Shown here one piece after another: positions 49,570 through 58,719 of a stretch of DNA of 64,000 nucleotides (its first letter is position 1; every line of letters begins with the position of its first letter). The position numbers and the translations under genes are program-made. The notes under the pieces are model-generated. The model did no database searches. It saw only the letters and a list, made by a program, of their open reading frames with translations, and was not told the origin of the DNA. The stretch is taken from positions 8,920 to 72,919 of the forward strand of contig JAKAHY010000002.1 in assembly GCA_021814695.1 (NCBI GenBank). The letters run 5' to 3'. The DNA comes from a bacterium (GTDB lineage: Bacteria > Patescibacteriota > Minisyncoccia > UBA6257 > JAGOQP01).

Positions 49570-50097
49570 GTGAGCGTGCGCGCTCTTTCCCATCCGATAT
49601 CCGTTTTTGTTTGCGGTTTTGAGGAACTGGACGAACAGGAGCAGGCGTTACTGCTTGTAGCGGCGGATGCTATGACTAAGGCTCAAGCGCCGTATTCGCA
49701 TTATCTGGTTGGTGCTGCCGTGTTGGATGGTGACGGCCACATAACTGCCGGATGTAACGTTGAGCGGTGTACGTATACGCAGACGACGCATGCGGAACAG
49801 GCGGCCGTGGATGCGATGGTTGTTCATGGCAAATCCAGAAAAATTCAAGCGGTTGCGGTTGTCGGGGGACCGGATGGCACGATCAATGGACCCATTGAGA
49901 GATTTCCCAAAGGAGAAGTTGTTGCTTCTTTTGATGAAATTCCGGCGCCATCTTGCGGGCATTGCCTTCAGATTATCTGGGAGAATTGCCGGGGCGATAA
50001 CAAGGTTAAGTTGTATTCCTGGGCCGATGGCTGGGTTTACATCACGACCATTGGTGATGCGCTTCCGATGAAGTTCGGGCCCAATGATTTGTTGTAA
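49570..50097 (+). CDS. Cytidine/deoxycytidylate deaminase-fold zinc enzyme (cytidine deaminase-like)
   Basis: HAEQAAV ... PCGHCLQ zinc-binding motifs; about 55% GC. Confidence 0.75.
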   Translation: MSVRALSHPISVFVCGFEELDEQEQALLLVAADAMTKAQAPYSHYLVGAAVLDGDGHITAGCNVERCTYTQTTHAEQAAVDAMVVHGKSRKIQAVAVVGGPDGTINGPIERFPKGEVVASFDEIPAPSCGHCLQIIWENCRGDNKVKLYSWADGWVYITTIGDALPMKFGPNDLL

Positions 50098-50104
50098 TTT
50101 GCGA

Positions 50105-50140
50105 GTGCTCTTGTTTGGAGCACTTTTTCTTTGACTGAAT
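50105..50140 (+). terminator. Rho-independent terminator
   Basis: GAGTGCTCttgtttgGAGCACTttttctttg. Confidence 0.6.
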
Positions 50141-50171
50141 TTCGGGTATCGTGTATAAAAGTAACATTACT

Positions 50172-50258
50172 GGAGGGGTGTGTGAGTGGTTGAAACAAAC
50201 GGTCTTGAAAACCGTTATGCCCGCAAGGGCATCGCGAGTTCGAATCTCGCCCCCTCCG
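50172..50258 (+). tRNA. tRNA-Ser (TGA), class II long variable arm
   Basis: GGAGGGG...ACGGT-CTTGAAA-ACCGT-TATGCCCGCAAGGGCAT-CGCGAG-TTCGAAT-CTCGC-CCCCTCC-G. Confidence 0.9.
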
Positions 50259-50342
50259 CTTTGTGCGGAAAATAAAATATCACCATTTTTTTGACAGTTG
50301 TATTTTATATGATATCTTTTTGTCAGTACTAAAAAACATGGA

Positions 50343-50960
50343 GTGACCGTGCCTGACAACTGCGTGTTTTGCGATCGGGTGAAGGTTGAAGAAAGAATCG
50401 TCGGAGAGACTGCCGATTTCTTTATTGTTGCAACTATTGGCCAGATCAGTGACGGGGGATATCTTCTTTTGATCCCCAAGCGTCATGTGGCATGCATTGC
50501 CGCAATGAGTGAACCGGAAATTCGTCTTGCTTATTACGCGATTCAAGAAGTGCGCACGGCAGTTTCATGGGAATATTCATTCGCGCCAGTGACGATTTTT
50601 GAACATGGGATTGTCGGACAAACGGTAGAGCATGCGCACATTCATTTTGTTCCTGCTGCGTGCGACATTACCGCCAGAGTTAGAAAGGATTTTCCGGATT
50701 GCAGAATCATCTCTCCGATAACGCTGGAGGAAATCCGACATTCTTATTTGATTGATCCTCGTCCGTATTTGATGTGGCGGGACCAGAATTTTAACATCAG
50801 TGTTTGCTGGAATCCTCCTGCTCCGCCAATGTACTTTAGGATTGTTGTCGCCGAAGCGCTTGGGCGTCCCGAAAGAGCCAACTGGCGCACGATGGACAGG
50901 GAAGTCGATAATCGTCTGGTCTCTGAAACTATTGCCCATTTGAAGCCGTATTTTTCATAA
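50343..50960 (+). CDS. HIT (histidine triad) family hydrolase; GTG start
   Basis: N-terminal CVFC zinc motif; HIT motif EHAHIHFVP. Confidence 0.8.
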   Translation: MTVPDNCVFCDRVKVEERIVGETADFFIVATIGQISDGGYLLLIPKRHVACIAAMSEPEIRLAYYAIQEVRTAVSWEYSFAPVTIFEHGIVGQTVEHAHIHFVPAACDITARVRKDFPDCRIISPITLEEIRHSYLIDPRPYLMWRDQNFNISVCWNPPAPPMYFRIVVAEALGRPERANWRTMDREVDNRLVSETIAHLKPYFS

Positions 50961-50990
50961 GCCCGCATATTTGGGGCTTTTATTTTAGAG
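50961..50990 (+). terminator. Rho-independent terminator
   Basis: AAGCCCgcatatttgGGGCTTttatttt. Confidence 0.6.
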
Positions 50991-51099
50991 CCATAATATT
51001 TGACAAAAATATAAATATGTATTATCTTATAAATATCTTTAGTGAGAATCCTGCACATAGTAGCAATAAAAGGTTCTTACCCGAGGATTTTTTATTTCT

Positions 51100-52479
51100 A
51101 TGAACAACAGATTCGGCAACAAAAGGCCCGTTCACGGGCACAGTAATCACGCAGGCTCGTCTCATTCTTCCAGCTCATATCCGCAGCATAATGCCGGCGG
51201 CAGTTCGAGGCGGAGAAATTTCGGTCGTGGCCGCGGCGCATCGTCAAAAAGCCAAAGGATCAATGAAACGCGATTTATAAACAAATCAAGCGTTGTAAAC
51301 TCGACTCTTGCTTATGAACCCAAAAATTCTTTTGCCGATTTTGAAATCGACGGCCGCTTAAAAGAAAATATTGCCAAAAAAGGATTTACAAAACCGACTT
51401 CAATCCAGGACAAAACCATCCCGGAGATTTTATCCGGCAAGGATGTTGCGGGACTGGCAGATACCGGCACCGGAAAAACCGCAGCTTTTCTTATTCCATT
51501 AATAAATAAAATACTTAAAGATAAAAACCAGAGAATATTGATTTTGGCTCCGACAAGAGAGTTGGCGTTACAGATAAATGCCGAGTCAATGGATTTTTGC
51601 AGAGGGTTGGGAATTTATTCAGTTGAGGCTGTGGGAGGCGAAAGCATCCGCGAACAAATATACCAGATAAGGAGGGGATTCAACCTGCTTATAGGCACTC
51701 CCGGAAGACTTCGGGATTTGGCCGACCGCAAAGCGGTGAACTTGGGAATTTTTCAAAACGTTGTATTGGATGAAGCCGATAGAATGTTGGATATGGGATT
51801 TTTGCCGGATGTTAAATTTTTACTCGGCTTATTGAGAAAGGAGCGGCAAACCGTATTTTTCTCGGCGACATTTTCTCAGGAGATTAGCGACCTGACCAAA
51901 CAATTTTCTCAAAATCCGATAAAGATAGAAACCAAGATCAGAGATACCTCATCCGATGTTGACCAGGATATAGTACGTGTCGGGCTTTCTGATAATAAAA
52001 TAGAGATATTGGAAGAATTATTGAACAAGAAAGAATTTCAAAAAGTTCTGATCTTCGGAAAAACAAAAGTCGGCGTTCAGCACGTGGCCGATGAATTGAA
52101 AAAACATGGATTTGCTGCAGAGGCTATTCATGGAGATAAGTATCAGGCCAGTAGAGAAAAAACCCTCCGCGCCTTCAAGCAGGGGAGATTTAACATTCTT
52201 GTAGCAACCGATGTGGCCGCCAGAGGACTGGATATTCCCGATGTCACTCATGTAATAAACTATGACATTCCATCGACATATGAAGATTATATTCATCGTA
52301 TCGGTAGAACTGGGCGTGCGGGTAAGAAAGGAATGGCGCTCACTTTTATCGGCGGGAAAGAGCATCGTCACGATCTAAGGGCTCAAGGGGGAAATAAAAA
52401 GTTTTTCGGATCAAGTCACGGGCATCCGGGAAGGCGGCCGTTTTCCAAAAGAGGCCGCAGAGATAGAAGGGGAAGATAG
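51100..52479 (+). CDS. DEAD-box ATP-dependent RNA helicase with R/G/S-rich N- and C-terminal tails
   Basis: Q-motif; Walker A AQTGTGKT variant (ADTGTGKTAAF); DEAD; SAT; HRIGRTGRAG. Confidence 0.9.
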   Translation: MNNRFGNKRPVHGHSNHAGSSHSSSSYPQHNAGGSSRRRNFGRGRGASSKSQRINETRFINKSSVVNSTLAYEPKNSFADFEIDGRLKENIAKKGFTKPTSIQDKTIPEILSGKDVAGLADTGTGKTAAFLIPLINKILKDKNQRILILAPTRELALQINAESMDFCRGLGIYSVEAVGGESIREQIYQIRRGFNLLIGTPGRLRDLADRKAVNLGIFQNVVLDEADRMLDMGFLPDVKFLLGLLRKERQTVFFSATFSQEISDLTKQFSQNPIKIETKIRDTSSDVDQDIVRVGLSDNKIEILEELLNKKEFQKVLIFGKTKVGVQHVADELKKHGFAAEAIHGDKYQASREKTLRAFKQGRFNILVATDVAARGLDIPDVTHVINYDIPSTYEDYIHRIGRTGRAGKKGMALTFIGGKEHRHDLRAQGGNKKFFGSSHGHPGRRPFSKRGRRDRRGR

Positions 52480-52515
52480 GCGCAAAGCCTTGCTGCGGGA
52501 GTCAGTATACCAAGG

Positions 52516-52550
52516 GTGGCGGGAATTTTTCCGCCACTTGTTTTTATCGG
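52516..52550 (+). terminator. Rho-independent terminator
   Basis: GTGGCGGgaatttttCCGCCACttgtttttat. Confidence 0.65.
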
Positions 52551-52582
52551 ATGAATTTTGACCTAAGCTATTAAGGCAATAA

Positions 52583-52593
52583 TGTGATATAAT
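52583..52593 (+). promoter_or_regulatory. Extended -10 promoter TGTGATATAAT (copy 4)
   Basis: aaggcaataaTGTGATATAATaataactt... 33 nt upstream of the ATG at 52626. Confidence 0.4.
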
Positions 52594-52625
52594 AATAACT
52601 TAGGATAATAATTAAAAAAACAAAC

Positions 52626-53384
52626 ATGAGAAACAAATTATTTGTATTATTCGTAGCAGTGGCTCTTGTTTTCGGTGGAATATACTATGCTTTCGCTCAA
52701 GAAAGCGGAGGAGCAAAAGTCCAACTACAAGGACAAGTCGAGACCCAAAACAGTGGGGGAGAAGTCCAGGTTCAGGTCCAATCCCGGAACGAGGTACAAA
52801 GTGGGAATGACAGCGAAAAGAATTCTACCGGCACCGAGTCCGAGATGAACCAGAAAAACGAAATTCAAGGCCAGAATGAGATTAAGGGAGAAAATGAAAT
52901 TGAAGCAACGAGCTCACAGGAAGGAACGAGCAGCGATCAGGAAGTCGAAAAAACCGAGCCGGTAAAAATGGCCGAGCAAACCAGAAGCGAAGTCGCTAAC
53001 GCAGTTCAGGAAATGCTTAGCGTTGCCGACAGAGCCGGAGGAATCGGAAGCGAAATCAAAGTTATTGCACAAGCCCAAAATGAAAATCAGCTGAAAATAG
53101 AAAACAGCATAAAAAATATTGAAGGGCGAAACGGCTTCGTTAAATTTTTGATAGGTCCGGACTACAATGAAGTTGATAATGCCCAAAAGGCCTTGAGCCA
53201 AAACAAGGAACAAATTACCCAACTCAACCAAATTAAGGCTAAAATTACCAATCAGGCCGATCAGCAGGTGTTGGCTAACCAAATCTCCATTCTTGAAAAA
53301 GCCAACGTGAATATTGAAACGTCTCTGAATCAATCGCAAGGAGGTTTTAGTCTTTTTGGCTGGCTGTTTAGGATAGTTAAATAA
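52626..53384 (+). CDS. Secreted low-complexity (Q/N/E/S-rich) hypothetical protein
   Basis: Signal peptide MRNKLFVLFVAVALVFGGIYYAFA|QE; repeated NEIQGQNEIKGENEIE; C-terminus GGFSLFGWLFRIVK. Confidence 0.65.
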   Translation: MRNKLFVLFVAVALVFGGIYYAFAQESGGAKVQLQGQVETQNSGGEVQVQVQSRNEVQSGNDSEKNSTGTESEMNQKNEIQGQNEIKGENEIEATSSQEGTSSDQEVEKTEPVKMAEQTRSEVANAVQEMLSVADRAGGIGSEIKVIAQAQNENQLKIENSIKNIEGRNGFVKFLIGPDYNEVDNAQKALSQNKEQITQLNQIKAKITNQADQQVLANQISILEKANVNIETSLNQSQGGFSLFGWLFRIVK

Positions 53385-53394
53385 TAGCGAACAA

Positions 53395-53440
53395 AAAAGC
53401 CGCGAAAGATAAATGTCCGAGCGGCTTTTTGTTTTATCGG
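53395..53440 (+). terminator. Rho-independent terminator
   Basis: AGCCGCgaaagataaatgtccgaGCGGCTttttgtttt. Confidence 0.6.
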
Positions 53441-53765
53441 CGGGTATTGTAATGAATATATGAAAAATATAATTATAAGCGTTGTTATAACGCCGTTGGT
53501 TGTGGCAGCGGGTTTTTCGCTTGGCAGTATTTTACAAATAAAAACCAAGCGCCGTTTATGATATAAACTCAAAAACTTATCAGACGCCAGAAACGTCATT
53601 TCCGATGGAACTTAAGACGGGGGCAATATCGGATGTGGTACTTTGTCCCAGCAGGTGGGAGTATATGAATACAAATTATATCTGGACAATATTCTCGTGG
53701 AGATTATTCCGTTTCGGGTTAAATAGATTATAATAAGCAAAAGGTCATAAAATTAGAAAAATAAT

Positions 53766-54158
53766 ATGAGTATTACAGATGCGATTTTTCTTATCGGCCG
53801 GATAATTTACGGCGGGTATCTTATAAAAAGTTCCTGGAACCATTTTGCCCATCATAAAGATTTGGTCGGATACGCTTCGTCAAAAAATGTCCCGATGCCA
53901 AATATTTCTGTCTTGTTAGCGGGGATATTTTTACTACTTGGTGGATTGGGAATAGTATTTGGGGTTTATGTGCAATGGGCGGTTATCTCTATCGCATTAT
54001 TCTTTATTCCGGTGACATTTATGATGCACCAATATTGGAAAGAGCAGGATGGCCAAAGAATGTCGGATAATGTCAATTTTTACAAAAACTTGGCATTGCT
54101 TGGAGCAGCGCTGATATTTTTGGCGATTCCGCTCCCTTGGCCGTTGGCGTTATTTTAA
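53766..54158 (+). CDS. DoxX family membrane protein
   Basis: 4-TM 130-aa protein; IIYGGYLIKSSWNHF...LLLGGLGIV fits the DoxX profile. Confidence 0.8.
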   Translation: MSITDAIFLIGRIIYGGYLIKSSWNHFAHHKDLVGYASSKNVPMPNISVLLAGIFLLLGGLGIVFGVYVQWAVISIALFFIPVTFMMHQYWKEQDGQRMSDNVNFYKNLALLGAALIFLAIPLPWPLALF

Positions 54159-54189
54159 AGCTGTCAGTTATCAGGATATTATGCGGATA

Positions 54190-54235
54190 AAAACACCCCA
54201 AATAATTTGGGGTGTTTTCCACTTTTTATTTTGTA
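54190..54235 (+). terminator. Rho-independent terminator
   Basis: ACACCCCAAAtaatTTGGGGTGTtttccactttttatttt. Confidence 0.65.
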
Positions 54236-54261
54236 TAAAAAGGTACAATTAAAGGAAAACT

Positions 54262-54495
54262 ATGTCTACTAAAAAAACAACAATTGTGATTATTCTCCTG
54301 GTTATACTGGTGGCAGCAGCCATTCTTGCATATTCCTGGTATACAAAGAAAGCTTCGGTTTCTACTACAGAAACATCTACCGCGCCCACATCCGGATTGG
54401 GTAGTCAATTATATCAGCAGACAGGAGCTCCGGCAGCCAGCCCGCTTCAAAATACCAACCCCTTCGACAAGGTAAAAACTAATCCTTTTGAGTAA
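54262..54495 (+). CDS. Small membrane-anchored protein (77 aa)
   Basis: TM TTIVIILLVILVAAAILAYSWY followed by an S/T-rich tail. Confidence 0.5.
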   Translation: MSTKKTTIVIILLVILVAAAILAYSWYTKKASVSTTETSTAPTSGLGSQLYQQTGAPAASPLQNTNPFDKVKTNPFE

Positions 54496-54496
54496 T

Positions 54497-56239
54497 ATGA
54501 AAAAAAATATCTTACGGCACCTTCCTCATTTGATTATTTTTTCCGCAATCATTATTTCGGGGATAATTATCGGAGGGGCTGCTTATGCTCAACAAGTAAG
54601 TTCGACATCGACATCAAATATAACTTTTCCGATAGCGGAATTGGGAAATTGTACTGATCAGGTAGCTTGTAAGGCGTATTGTGATATTGATGCCAATAAG
54701 ATTGCCTGCGTCAATTACGCTCAATCTCATGGACTAATGTCTTCTGATGATACCAATCGTGCCAAAAAATTTCTGCAGGCCGGTCCGGGACCGGGAGGCT
54801 GTACCGATGCCCAAACTTGTCGTTCGTATTGTTCCGATATTAATCATATCGATGAATGTTTAGCTTATGCCAAGAAAACGGGAATCCTTTCGAGTAGTGA
54901 ATTGGACGAAGCCCAAAAAATCGCCAGCGCACTTTCTCAAGGCGCACAACTTCCGGGCGGGTGCACCACTAAGGATCAATGCGAGGCTTATTGTAAAGAC
55001 TCGTCTCATTTAACCGAATGCGTTGCCTTTGCCGAAAAGGCGGGAATGATTTCCCAGCAAGAGGCCGACATAGTCCGTAAAACCGGAGGCAAGGGTCCCG
55101 GCGGATGTGATTCACAACAATCGTGTGATGCCTATTGTAACAATAAAGATAATGCCAATACGTGTTTCGCATTTGCCCAGGAACACGGATTGATATCACA
55201 AGATCAGATTGACCAAATGAAAGAAGGAATGACTCGTCTACGAGCGGGATTAACTCAGGCTCCTGAGGAAGTTGTCCAGTGTCTAAAAGATGCTTTGGGC
55301 TCGGATATTATAGGGAAAATAGAGTCGGGAAATTTTACTCCGACACAATCGGACGGACAGACAATCCAAAATTGCTTCAATCAGTTTAAGAGTCAATCAA
55401 CACAAAAAATGTTGGAAGGATTTAATCAGGTTCCTGGCGCTGAGGCGTGTATTCAAAATAAATTAGGCACCAGCACTCTTGACCAAATAAAACAGGGGAA
55501 TATGCCAAATGACCCCAATATTGGAGATCAAATCCGATCCTGTTTTGAAGAAAATGCAAAAGAGGCCCAACAAAAAGGATTGGAGCAGATAAAAAATGCC
55601 CTTGAAAACGCTCCCGAATCGGTCAAGGCGTGTCTTCAAGATGCGATAGGAGCTGACGGTCTTGCCAAAATTCAACAGGGAGATTCATCGGTTTTAACTC
55701 AAGATTCGGAAAATAAAATCAAACTGTGTTTTTCCCAGATGCAGCAACAGGGAGTTAACCAACTACAAAGCGCCCCCGCCGAGATTCAAAGTTGCCTCAA
55801 AGAACAAATGGGTAGTGAGAGATACGGCAGAATTATAAGCGGCCAGGGAACAGCCGAAGACCAAAAAGAAATGCCTCAGGCAATCCAGGAATGCACAAAA
55901 AAATATCAGGAACAAATGCAGAATCAGATTCAGGAAAGAATGCAGCAAATCCCCGGATCCGGAGAGGGATTGCCGGGAATGCCGATTAACGGACTTAATG
56001 TTATTCAGAATCAGGGAGGGTCCGGCACTCAGGGAATGATGCCTCCGCAAGGACAGCAAGGAATAACCGGCCAGCAAGTTCCTTCGTTTCCCAGTGGTGT
56101 AAAAGATTGTTTGGAACAAGTATATGGAAGCGATATAGTGGATAAAATTCAAAGCGGACAGTCTCAACTTCCGGCTGATTATATGCAAAAGATAGGCTCT
56201 TGCATGGCTCAAAAAATGGGAGCTCCGAGCGGTAATTAG
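54497..56239 (+). CDS. Secreted repetitive Cys-rich protein (four roughly 45-aa 4-Cys repeats plus five roughly 40-aa 2-Cys repeats); the ORF track's 54488 start is a TTG
   Basis: Signal peptide; repeats GGCTDAQTCRSYCSDINHIDECLAYAKKTGILS / GGCTTKDQCEAYCKDSSHLTECVAFAEKAGMIS / GGCDSQQSCDAYCNNKDNANTCFAFAQEHGLIS, then xCLKDALGSDIIGKIESG...QNCF-type repeats. Confidence 0.7.
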   Translation: MKKNILRHLPHLIIFSAIIISGIIIGGAAYAQQVSSTSTSNITFPIAELGNCTDQVACKAYCDIDANKIACVNYAQSHGLMSSDDTNRAKKFLQAGPGPGGCTDAQTCRSYCSDINHIDECLAYAKKTGILSSSELDEAQKIASALSQGAQLPGGCTTKDQCEAYCKDSSHLTECVAFAEKAGMISQQEADIVRKTGGKGPGGCDSQQSCDAYCNNKDNANTCFAFAQEHGLISQDQIDQMKEGMTRLRAGLTQAPEEVVQCLKDALGSDIIGKIESGNFTPTQSDGQTIQNCFNQFKSQSTQKMLEGFNQVPGAEACIQNKLGTSTLDQIKQGNMPNDPNIGDQIRSCFEENAKEAQQKGLEQIKNALENAPESVKACLQDAIGADGLAKIQQGDSSVLTQDSENKIKLCFSQMQQQGVNQLQSAPAEIQSCLKEQMGSERYGRIISGQGTAEDQKEMPQAIQECTKKYQEQMQNQIQERMQQIPGSGEGLPGMPINGLNVIQNQGGSGTQGMMPPQGQQGITGQQVPSFPSGVKDCLEQVYGSDIVDKIQSGQSQLPADYMQKIGSCMAQKMGAPSGN

Positions 56240-56279
56240 TGATGAGTAAAAAATATCCCGAATCGATTCGGGATATTTT

Positions 56280-56978
56280 TTATGCCTTTGCCACCACTAA
56301 GCCGATTATTTTTTGGGCGCCATATTTTTTAAGAAGAAGAGAAATTTCGTTAAGCGTTGCCCCTGATGTTGAAACGTCATCTATCAGGATAATGTTTTTG
56401 CCCGAAACCGACTCCGGGCCGGTAATTTGAAAACATTCGGAAATATTTTTTATTCTTTCGGAAAAATCTTTGGTTTTGGCCTGGGGTGGATTATTTTTTA
56501 CTCTTTTCAGGACATCAAGACAGGGGAGAGAAAAATAATCCGAAACAACAGAGGCAATAATTTGCGCCTGATTGAATCCTCGGGCGCGAAATTTGGATTT
56601 ATGAAGGGGAACGAATGTTATAACATATCGGCTCAAATCGATTCCGGTTTCTTTAAGATATGAAATTAACATGGCACATAATATTGTTCCTATGCCCTCT
56701 ATTTTTTTATATTTAAATGTATGGATCAGGGACGGTATGGGTGCTTCAAATCTGCTTGCGGGCGCCAAGACATAGCTTGTGTCGTGGCATTTATCTGTCC
56801 CCGGCAGGCGGGACATACACTTCGGGCAATAAAGAGCCGAGTTGAGACGTATTTCATCAAAGCATGATTGGCAAAGAAATTGTTTCTGATCGGGAATGGA
56901 GGATTTGCAGTTTACGCATACAGGAGGAAAAACGGTGTCCGAGGCTAATTTATTCAATTGAGCGATGATTTTTATCAT
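56280..56978 (-). CDS. comFC: ComF family protein (ComFC-like phosphoribosyltransferase with N-terminal 4-Cys zinc finger)
   Basis: CVNCKS...CQSC zinc finger; PRTase motif IILIDDVSTSGATL. Confidence 0.85.
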   Translation of the reverse strand: MIKIIAQLNKLASDTVFPPVCVNCKSSIPDQKQFLCQSCFDEIRLNSALYCPKCMSRLPGTDKCHDTSYVLAPASRFEAPIPSLIHTFKYKKIEGIGTILCAMLISYLKETGIDLSRYVITFVPLHKSKFRARGFNQAQIIASVVSDYFSLPCLDVLKRVKNNPPQAKTKDFSERIKNISECFQITGPESVSGKNIILIDDVSTSGATLNEISLLLKKYGAQKIIGLVVAKA

Positions 56979-57047
56979 AAATTCGGATATAATAATTATA
57001 AAAGATAGAGGTTACCGGTTTCCAGATCTTCGTGATCGGCAATCTTT

Positions 57048-58142
57048 TTGTCTTATACGACCATGTTTGATCTCTTAAAAAAAATTATTCCCGGACGATC
57101 TTCTTATCTTGGCGTTGATATCGGGACTACCTCAATTAAAGCTGTCGAACTTACCAAAGGAGCGCAAAATCCGACTCTGACGAATTACGGACTTTTGGAA
57201 AGTTATGGCCACTTTGAGCGTGCTAATAATGTCATACAGGCCAACGCCCTTAAGCTTTCAGAAAAAGAGACAACGTTTATGCTTAAGACTCTTGTAAAAC
57301 AATCGGGATTTAAAACCAGCGCGGCGATTGCATCCATTCCTTCGTTTGCTTCTTTCATAACAATGATTGAAATGCCCTCCATGTCAGAAGAAGAGACTAA
57401 TAAAGCTATGGGATTTCAGATAAGACAGAGCGTTCCTCTGCCCCTATCGGAAATTGCCGTAGATTGGATTAGGGTCGGCGAACGCAATGATGAAAACGGG
57501 TTTGCTAAACAGCAGATGGTTCTCATCGCAATTCCAAACGAAACGGTTTCCAGATATAAATCTATTTTCAAGGGAGCGGGACTTTCTTTAAAAGCGCTCG
57601 AAGTGGAAAGCCTGTCCTATATACGATCGGTTATTGGAGGAGATAAAACTCCTTCGATGATTATTGATATCGGTGCGCGCTCCACAAACATCACTGTCGT
57701 TGACCAGGGATTTTTGAAACATAATTCTCAGATAGATTATGCCGGAGATTCTTTAACGCAAGCGATTACCAAGGGACTGGGTATAAGCTACAAGAGAGCC
57801 GAGGAGCTCAAGAAACAACGGGGCATAAGCGGAGGGTCCGGAGAATATGAGTTATCCACATTGGAACTACCTTTCATAGATGTTATAATTAGTGAGGTAA
57901 ATAAGGTTAAGGACAATTTTGAGTCCAATTTTGGCTTAAAAATTCAGCGGGCCATACTCATAGGGGGAGGCTCAAGCTTGATAGGAATAGATAAATATTT
58001 TGAAAGCCAAATGCAAATAACCTCAGTGTTGGGCAATGGATTACTTTTTGTGAATACTCCAAGTCAGTTGAACGTTGTTGAAAAAGAGTTGCAGGTAAGA
58101 TTTGCGACAGCGATAGGGCTTGCGATAAAGAATTTCGTTTAG
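57048..58142 (+). CDS. pilM: Type IV pilus assembly protein PilM (actin-like ATPase)
   Basis: LGVDIGTTSIKAVEL...IIDIGARSTNI...LIGGGS. Confidence 0.85.
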   Translation: MSYTTMFDLLKKIIPGRSSYLGVDIGTTSIKAVELTKGAQNPTLTNYGLLESYGHFERANNVIQANALKLSEKETTFMLKTLVKQSGFKTSAAIASIPSFASFITMIEMPSMSEEETNKAMGFQIRQSVPLPLSEIAVDWIRVGERNDENGFAKQQMVLIAIPNETVSRYKSIFKGAGLSLKALEVESLSYIRSVIGGDKTPSMIIDIGARSTNITVVDQGFLKHNSQIDYAGDSLTQAITKGLGISYKRAEELKKQRGISGGSGEYELSTLELPFIDVIISEVNKVKDNFESNFGLKIQRAILIGGGSSLIGIDKYFESQMQITSVLGNGLLFVNTPSQLNVVEKELQVRFATAIGLAIKNFV

Positions 58143-58155
58143 TTTTAAATTTTTC

Positions 58156-58719
58156 ATGGCAGATTTAAATACAACAGTAAATCGAGCGCGAGCGGCAGGA
58201 GCGGCATCCGCCGGTTTTCCTTGGCGGCTTTTAATTATATCTTTCGTTGTGTTCGGGCTGACGATTCTTGTCTGGGCCGGAATTCAATTTGGATACATTC
58301 CGTTTTTGAATTCCCAGTTATCGAACGCTATGGCTAATTTTAATTCCCTTTCCGGAAAAATCAGCGAGCAACAGCAGAAAGACCTGACCGGTTTTTATTC
58401 TCAGCTCTATAATATTCAGTCTTTGCAAGCGTCACATATTTATTCCGCGAAACTGTTTGATTTTTTGGAGAAAAATATTTATCCCAACGTTGTTTTAACC
58501 AGTTTTCAGGCGAGCCTTACCGGAGGAAGTATCCGTTTTGATGGAATTGCTTCCGACTACTCTACCCTAACTAACGAGCTGGCAATACTTAAATCCGATC
58601 CGAACGTAACTTTGGTAACGCTGGATTCGTCGCGCCAAAAAGATGTTAAAGAAGGAGGGGGAGTGGCATTTACAATAAGCGTATCCATTTCGCCAAAATT
58701 ATTTGATTCCGCCCAATAA
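58156..58719 (+). CDS. pilN: PilN-like type IV pilus assembly protein
   Basis: Single N-terminal TM; position after pilM. Confidence 0.55.
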   Translation: MADLNTTVNRARAAGAASAGFPWRLLIISFVVFGLTILVWAGIQFGYIPFLNSQLSNAMANFNSLSGKISEQQQKDLTGFYSQLYNIQSLQASHIYSAKLFDFLEKNIYPNVVLTSFQASLTGGSIRFDGIASDYSTLTNELAILKSDPNVTLVTLDSSRQKDVKEGGGVAFTISVSISPKLFDSAQ

